64,000 nucleotides of DNA, taken from the NCBI RefSeq assembly GCF_009914755.1, contig NC_060948.1, one strand, 5' to 3'. Below, in pieces: positions 55,910-64,000 of the stretch. Made by a program: the position numbers and the translations under genes. Numbering within the stretch: the stretch's first letter is position 1; the number at the start of each line of letters is the position of its first letter. Under the pieces are notes generated by a model. The model had not been told where the DNA came from, made no database searches, and worked only from the letters and a program-made list of their open reading frames with translations. This DNA comes from the human T2T-CHM13v2.0 reference genome, Homo sapiens.

Positions 55910-58900
55910 AATAGAATGGAATGCAAGTGAAAGGAAAGGAATGGATTGGAATGGAATGGAATTCATTGGAATGGAAGGGAATGTAGTGTAATGGACAGGC
56001 CTGGAATAAAGTGGAATGCTACGGTCTCGAATGGAATAAAAATGTATGGAATGGAATGCAATGAAACGGAATCGAATGTCATAGAATGTAATGGAATGCA
56101 AAAAAATGGAATCCAAAATCATTGACTGGAAAGGCTGGGTGTCGAAAGGAATTGACTCCAATGGAATGGAATCGAATGGAATGGAAGTGAATAGAATCGA
56201 ACTAAATCGAATGGAATGGAATTGATAGGAACGGAATGGAAAGGAATGCAATGATTTGGCATGGAATGGAATCGAATGGCATCGAATGGAATGGAATGGA
56301 ATGCAATGGAATGGAATGTATTAGAATGTAATGAACTTTAATGGAATGTACTCGAATGGATTCGACTGGAATGGAATGTTCTGGAAGTGAATGGACTCCA
56401 ATGGAATGGATTCAAAAGGAATGGAATCGTACGGAATGGAATCTAATGGAATGGAATTAAATGGAAATGAATCAAATTGAATAGCACGGAATTGAATTGA
56501 ATGGAATCGAATGCAATGGAATCAAATGAAACGGAAAAGAAAGGAATGGAATGGAATGGAATGGGCTGGAATGGAAAGGAATCGAAACGAATGGAATGGA
56601 ATCGAACTGAAGAGACTGGAATGGAATGCACTGGAATGGAAGGGAGTGTAATGGAAGGTTCTCGAAAAAAATGGAATCGAATGGAATGGAATTGAATGGA
56701 ACGGAATAGAGTCGAATGGAATTGAATGGAATGGAATGGACTAGAGTGAAATGGAATCGAACCACAAGGAATGGACAGGAATAGAATGGTCTCGAATTGA
56801 ATGGAATCGTATGGAATGGCATCAAACGGAATGGAATGGACAGCCACGGAATGGAATGCACTCGAATGCAATGGAGTCGAAACTAATGGACTGGAATAGA
56901 ATGGACTCGACTGGTACGGACTCCAATGGAATGGAATCGAATGGAAGGGAATCGATCGGAATGGACTCGAAGGGAAAAGACTGCAATGGAAAGGTCTCGA
57001 ATGGAATGGAAATTAATGGAATGGAATGGAATCGAATGAAATGGAGTCAAAAGGAATGGAATCGAATGGCAAGAAATCGAATGTAATGGAATCGCAAGGA
57101 ATTGATGTGAACGGAACGGAATGGAATGGAATCCAAAGGAATGGAATAGAATGGAATGGAATCGAATGGAAAGGACTCGAATGGAAATCACTCGAATAGA
57201 ATGCAATTTAATAAAATAGGATCAAATGTAATGGAATGGAATGGAAAGGAATCGAAACGAAAGGAATGGAGACAGATGGAATGGAATGGAACAGAGAGCA
57301 ATGGTATAGAATGGAATGGAATCATCTGGAATGGAATTGAATGGAATGGAATAATATGAAATGGAATGGAATGGAATGGAATGGAATGCCCTTGAATTAA
57401 ATGGACTGGAATGGAATGGACTCGAACAGAGTGGAATGGAAAGTGTTGAGATAGAATGGAATGGACTCCTTTGGAATGGTGTAGTATGCAATGCAATCGA
57501 CTGGCAGGGAATCAAAAGGAATGTAATCGAATGGATTGGACTGGAATGCAATGGACTCGAATAGATTGGAAACGGAATGCAAAGGAATGGAATGGAATAG
57601 TATGGAATGGAATGGAAAGGAATGGAGTGGAATAGACTAGAGTGGAATGGAATGGACTGGAAAGCAATGGACTGGAATGGAACTTTCTTGAATGGACTGG
57701 AATCAAACGGAATGGAATGCAATGCAATCAAATGGCATGGAATAAAATAGAATGAAAGAGAATCAAATGGAATTGAATCGAATGGAGTCGAATGGATTGG
57801 AAAGGAATAGAATGGAATGGAATGGAATTGACTCAAATGGAATGGACTAGAATGGAATGGATTCGAATGGAAGGCAAAGGAATGGAATCTATTGGAATGG
57901 ACTGTAATGGAATGGAATGGAAGGGATTGGAATGGACTCGAATGGAATGGACTGCAATAGAAAGGATTCGAATGGAATGAAAAAGAATTGAATGGAATAG
58001 AACAGAATGGAATCAAATCGAATGAAATGGAATGGAATAGAAAGGAATGGAATGAAATGGAATGGAAAGGATTCGAATGGAATGCAATCGAATGGAATGG
58101 AATCGAACGGAATGGAATAAAATGGAAGAAAACTGGCAAGAAATGGAATCGAAATGAATGGAGTGTTATGGAACGGACTCAACAGGAATTGAATGTAATA
58201 GAATGGAGTGGAGTGGACTCGAATATAATGGACTGGAATGGAATGAAATCACATGGAATGGGAACGAATGGAATGGAATGGAAAGGAATGGAATCGAATG
58301 GAAAGGAATCGAATGGAAGGGAATGAAATTGAATCAACAGGAATGGAAGGGAATAGAATAGACGGTAATGGAATGGACTCGAATAGAATGGACACGAATG
58401 CTCAAATTGAATGGACTCGAATGGAATGGAAACGAAAGGAATGTCATCGAATGGAATTGAATCGATTGGAATGAAATCGCATAGAATGGAGTGGAATCAA
58501 ATGGAATTGAATCGAAAGGAAAGGAAGCGAATGGACTGAAATGAAATGGAATGGAATTGAATGGAAAGTAATGCAATGGAATAGAATGGAACGAAATTTC
58601 ACGGAATGGAATCAAACTGAATGGAATCAAGTCAATGGAATCAAATCAAATGGAATGGAAAGGAATTGAATGGAGTACATTGGATTGGATGGGATTGGAA
58701 TGAAATGTACTGGAAAGGACTCGAATTTCACGAAACGGAATGGAATGAATTGGAACGGAATGGACTCGAATGGAATGGAATGTCATGGAATGGCATCAAA
58801 TGGAATGGCATCAAATGGAATGGAATCGAATGCAATGGAATGCTATGGAATGGAATGGAATGCATTGGAATGGAATGTCCTCTAATGGAATGGATTCGAG

Positions 58901-61900
58901 TGGAATGGAATCGAATATAATGGAGTTGAATGAAATGGAATTGAAAGGAATGGGATCGAATACAATGAAATATACTGGAATGTAATATAATGAACTCGAA
59001 TGTAATTGACTGGAATGGAATGTACATGAATGGAATGTAATCGAATGGAAAGTAATCCAATGGAGTAGAATCTAATGCAATAAAATCGACTCAGATAGAG
59101 TAGAATGTAATGGAATGGAGTGCAGTGCAATGGAATGGAATAGAATGGAATGCAATGGAATGGAATGGAAGGGAATGGAATGGAATGGAATGGAATGGAA
59201 TTGGATGGGATGGAATGGTATGGAATGGATAGTAATGGACTGGAGTGAAATGGACTGGAAAGGAATGGACTCAAATTGAAAGGGCTCGAAAGGAATGGAG
59301 TCAAATGGAATGGTCTGGAATGGAATGAACACGAATGTAATGCAATCCAATAGAAGGGAATCGAATGGCATGGAATATAAAGAAATGGAATCGAAGAGAA
59401 TGGAAACAAATGGAATGGAATTGAATGGAATGGAATTGAATGGAATGGGAACGAATGGAGTGAAATTGTATGCAGTAGAAGGGAATACAATGGAATGCAA
59501 GCGAAAGGAAAGGAATGGATTGGAATGGAATGGAATTCATTGGAATGGAAGGGAATGTAGTGTAATGGACAGGCCTGGAATAATGTGGAATGCTACAGTC
59601 TCGAATGGAATAAAAATGTATGGAATGGAATGCAATGAAACGGAATCGAATGTCATAGAATGTAATGGAATGCAAAAAAATGGAATCCAAAATCATTGAC
59701 TGGAAAGGCTGGGTGTCGAAAGGAATTGACTCCAATGGAATGGAATCGAATGGAATGGAAGTGAATAGAATCGAACTAAATCGAATGGAATGGAATTGAT
59801 AGGAACGGAATGGAAAGGAATGCAATGATTTGGCATGGAATGGAATCGAATGGCATCGAATGGAATGGAATGGAATGCAATGGAATGGAATGTATTAGAA
59901 TGTAATGAACTTTAATGGAATGTACTCGAATGGATTCGACTGGAATGGAATGTTCTGGAAGTGAATGGACTCCAATGGAATGGATTCAAAAGGAATGGGA
60001 TCGTACGGAATGGAATCTAATGGAATGGAATTAAATGGAAATGAATCAAATTGAATAGCACGGAATTGACTTGAATGGAATGGAATGCAATGGAATCTAA
60101 TGAAACGGAAAGGAAAGGAATGGAATGGAATGGAATGGGCTGGAATGGAAAGGAATCGAAACGAATGGAATGGAATCGAACTGAAGAGACTGGAATGGAA
60201 TGCACTGGAATGGAAGGGAGTGTACTGGAAGGTTCTCGAAAATAATGGAATCGAATGGAATGGAATTGAATGGAACGGAATAGAGTCGAATGGAATTGAA
60301 TGGAATGGAATGGACTAGAGTGAAATGGAATCGAACCACAAGGAATGGACAGGAATAGAATGGTCTCGAATTGAATGGAATCGTATGGAATGGCATCAAA
60401 CGGAATGGAATGGACAGCCACGGAATGGAATGCACTCGAATGCAATGGAGTCGAAACTAATGGACTGGAATAGAATGGAATCGACTGGTACGGACTCCAA
60501 TGGAATGGAATCGAATGGAAGGGAATCGAACGGAATGGACTCGAAGGGAAAAGACTGCAATGGAAAGGTCTCGAATGGAATGGAAATTAATGGAATGGAA
60601 TGGAATCGAATGAAATGGAGTCAAAAGGAATGGAATCGAATGGCAAGAAATCGAATGTAATGGAATCGCAAGGAATTGATGTGAACGGAACGGAATGGAA
60701 TGGAATCCAAGGAATGGAATAGAATGGAATGGAATCGAATGGAAAGGACTCGAATGGAAATCACTCGAATAGAATGCAATTTAATAAAATAGGATCAAAT
60801 GTAATGGAATGGAATGGAAAGGAATCGAAACGAAAGGAATGGAGACAGATGGAATGGAATGGAACAGAGAGCAATGGTATAGAATGGAATGGAATCATCT
60901 GGAATGGAATTGAATGGAATGGAATAATATGAAATGGAATGGAATGGAATGGAATGGAATGCCCTTGAATTAAATGGACTGGAATGGACTGGACTCGAAC
61001 AGAGTGGAATGGAAAGTGTTGAGATAGAATGGAATGGACTCCTTTGGAATGGTGTAGTATGCAATGCAATCGACTGGCAGGGAATCAAAAGGAATGTAAT
61101 CGAATGGATTGGACTGGAATGCAATGGACTCGAATAGATTGGAAACGGAATGCAAAGGAATGGAATGGAATAGTATGGAATGGAATGGAAAGGAATGGAG
61201 TGGAATAGACTAGAGTGGAATGGAATGGACTGGAAAGCAATGGACTGGAATGGAACTTTCTTGAATGGACTGGAATCAAACGGAATGGAATGCAATGCAA
61301 TCAAATGGCATGGAATAAAATAGAATGAAAGAGAATCAAATGGAATTGAATCGAATGGAATCGAATGGATTGGAGAGGAATAGAATGGAATGGAATGGAA
61401 TTGACTCAAATGGAATGGACTAGAATGGAATGGATTCGAATGGAAGGCAAAGGAATGGAATCTATTGGAATGGACTCTAATGGAATGGAATGGAAGGGAT
61501 TGGAATGGACTCGAATGGAATGGACTGCAATAGAAAGGATTCGAATGGAATGAAAAAGAATTGAATGGAATAGAACAGAATGGAATCAAATCGAATGAAA
61601 TGGAATGGAATAGAAAGGAATGGAATGAAATGGAATGGAAAGGATTCGAATGGAATGCAATCGAATGGAATGGAATCGAACGGAATGGAATAAAATGGAA
61701 GAAAACTGTCAAGAAATGGAATCGAAATGAATGGAGTGTTATGGAACGGACTCAAAAGGAATTGAATGTAATAGAATGGAGTGGAGTGGACTCGAATATA
61801 ATGGACTGGAATGGAATGAAATCACATGGAATGGGAACGAATGGAATGGAATGGAAAGGAATGGAATCGAATGGAAAGGAATCGAATGGAAGGGAATGAA

Positions 61901-64000
61901 ATTGAATCAACAGGAATGGAAGGGAATAGAATAGACGGTAATGGAATGGACTCGAATAGAATGGACACGAATGCTCAAATTGAATGGACTCGAAAGGAAT
62001 GGAAAGGAAAGGAATGTCATCGAATGGAATTGAATCGATTGGAATGAAATCGCATAGAATGGAGTGGAATCAAATGGAATTGAATCGAAAGGAAAGGAAG
62101 CGAATGGACTGAAATGAAATGGAATGGAATTGAATGGAAAGTAATGCAATGGAATAGAATGGAACGAAATTTCACGGAATGGAATCAAACTGAATGGAAT
62201 CAAATCAATGGAATCAAATCAAATGGAATGGAAAGGAATTGAATGGAGTAGATTGGATTGGATGGGATTGGAATGAAATGTACTGGAAAGGACTCGAATT
62301 TCATGAAACGGAATGGAATGAATTGGAACGGAATGGACTCGAATGGAATGGAATGTCATGGAATGGCATCAAATGGAATGGCATCAAATGGAATGGAATC
62401 GAATGCAATGGAATGCTATGGAATGGAATGGAATGCATTGGAATGGAATGTCCTCTAATGGAATGGATTCGAGTGGAATGGAATCGAATATAATGGAGTC
62501 GAATGAAATGGAATTGAAAGGAATGGGATCGAATACAATGGAATATACTGGAATGTAATGTAATGAACTCGAATGTAATTGACTGGAATGGAATGTACAT
62601 GAATGGAATGTAATCGAATGGAAAGTAATCCAATGGAATAGAATCTAATGCAATAAAATCGACTCAAATAGAGTAGAATGTAATGGAATGGAGTGCAGTG
62701 CAATGGAATGGAATGGAATGGAATGCAATGGAATGGAATGGAATGGAATGGGATGGAATGGTATGGAATGGATAGTAATGGACTGGAGTGAAATGGACTG
62801 GAAAGGAATGGACTCAAATTGAAAGGGCTCGAAAGGAATGGAGTCAAATGGAATGGTCTGGAATGGAATGAACACGAATGTAATGCAATCCAATAGAATG
62901 GAATCGAATGGCATGGAATATAAAGAAATGGAATCGAAGAGAATGGAAACAAATGGAGTGGAATTGAATGGAATGGAATTGATTGGAATGGGAACGAATG
63001 GAGTGAAATTGTATGCAGTAGAAGAGAATAGAATGGAATGCAAGCGAAAGGAATGGAATGGATTGGAATGGAATGGAATTCATTGGAATGGAAGGGAATG
63101 TAGTGTAATGGACAGGCCTGGAATAAAGTGGAATGCTACGGTCTCGAATGGAATAAAAATGTATGGAATGGAATGCAATGAAACGGAATCGAATGTCATA
63201 GAATGTAATGGAATGCAAAAAATGGAATCCAAAATCATTGACTGGAAAGGCTGGGTGTCGAAAGGAATTGACTCCAATGGAATGGAATCGAATGGAATGG
63301 AAGTGAATAGAATCGAACTAAATCGAATGGAATGGAATTGATAGGAACGGAATGGAAAGGAATGCAATGATTTGGCATGGAATGGAATCGAATGGCATCG
63401 AATGGAATGGAATGGAATGCAATGGAATGGAATGTGTTAGAATGTAATGAACTTTAATGGAATGTACTCGAATGGATTCGACTGGAATGGAATGTTCTGG
63501 AAGTGAATGGACTCCAATGGAATGGATTCAAAAGGAATGGAATCGTACGGAATGGAATCTAATGGAATGGAATTAAATGGAAATGAATCAAATGGAATAG
63601 CACGGAATTGAATTGAATGGAATCGAATGCAATGGAATCTAATGAAACGGAAAGGAAAGGAATGGAATGGAATGGAATGGGCTGGAATGGAAAGGAATCG
63701 AAATGAATGGAATGGAATCGAACTGAAGAGACTGGAATGGAATGCACTGGAATGGAAGGGAGTGTAATGGAAGGTTCTCGAAAAAAATGGAATCGAATGG
63801 AATGGAATTGAATGGAACGGAATAGAGTCGAATGGAATTGAATGGAATGGAATGGACTAGAGTGAAATGGAATAGAACCACAAGGAATGGACAGGAATAG
63901 AATAGTCTCGAATTGAATGGAATCGTATGGAATGGCATCAAACGGAATGGAATGGATAGCCACGGAATGGAATGCACTCGAATGCAGTGGAGTCGAAACT
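55910..64000 (+). repeat. 3-monomer higher-order repeat, copy 3 (truncated by the window end)
   Basis: Same ordered variants continue to the end of the window, e.g. the A6 deletion at ~63217, GTGTTAG at ~63434 and GATAGCCAC at ~63955. Confidence 0.86.

Larger units (their letters stand above)
1..64000 (+). repeat. DYZ1: Human Satellite III (HSat3) array, DYZ1-type (Yq12 heterochromatin), GGAAT strand on +
   Basis: The entire window is diverged GGAAT pentamers (GGAAT, CGAAT, GGACT, GCAAT, TGAAT and others). The marker ORF 'MNGIEQNGIK' recurs at 162, 3711, 7249, 11743, 15291, 18854, 22397, 25946, 29510, 33069, 36658, 40231, 43779, 47328, 50901, 54439, 57988, 61561. Periods are 3549, 3538, 4494, 3548, 3563, 3543, 3549, 3564, 3559, 3589, 3573, 3548, 3549, 3573, 3538, 3549, 3573 bp. 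A ~3.56 kb pentameric unit with single EcoRI and HaeIII sites is the established description of DYZ1. The Y assignment rests on that recognition, not on a database search. Confidence 0.95.

Noticed and set aside
63-63977. Hundreds of 61-315 aa ORFs on both strands (MEWNG.. and FHSIP.. repeats), e.g. 305-315 aa at 10977-11894 and 32303-33250
   Set aside because: They are direct translations of GGAAT/ATTCC, which lacks stops in all frames. They overlap in all frames, vary by frameshift between units, and show no domain or codon structure.
1-64000. CRISPR-like or repeat-spacer architecture
   Set aside because: There are no unique spacers; all intervening sequence is degenerate pentamer repeated in every unit.
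1-64000. DYZ2/HSat1B, Alu, L1 insertions or an inversion breakpoint as found elsewhere in Yq12
   Set aside because: No AT-rich non-pentameric block, no Alu-like GC-rich sequence and no ATTCC-oriented stretch seen on the + strand.
1-64000. Assignment to HSat2 or to chr9/acrocentric HSat3
   Set aside because: It lacks the HSat2 CATTCGATTC-dominated ~23-26 bp pattern, and the strict ~3.55 kb period with single EcoRI/HaeIII sites fits DYZ1. Not confirmed by alignment.

Overview
The whole 64 kb window is one uninterrupted, single-orientation block of human Satellite III (HSat3). It consists of diverged (GGAAT)n pentamers organised in a ~3.55 kb unit, matching DYZ1 of Yq12 heterochromatin (one EcoRI and one HaeIII/StuI site per unit; one measured period is exactly 3564 bp). 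About 18 units are present. I see no genes, transposons, DYZ2/HSat1B/Alu blocks or inversions, and all ORFs are translations of the pentamer. I do not see a new protein-coding system; the interest is in array architecture. (1) A 4494 bp variant unit carries an internal 945/905 bp tandem duplication with a 16 bp microhomology junction. (2) A young 3-unit higher-order repeat (10,660-10,670 bp, ~2.8 copies) runs from ~34.6 kb to the end. (3) Older 1-, 2- and 8-unit duplication relics are visible. (4) Indels are quantised to 5/15 bp. (5) Each unit carries three perfect in-register heat-shock elements (nGAAn-nTTCn-nGAAn). All comparisons were made by eye using the ORF track as position markers; no alignments or database searches were run.
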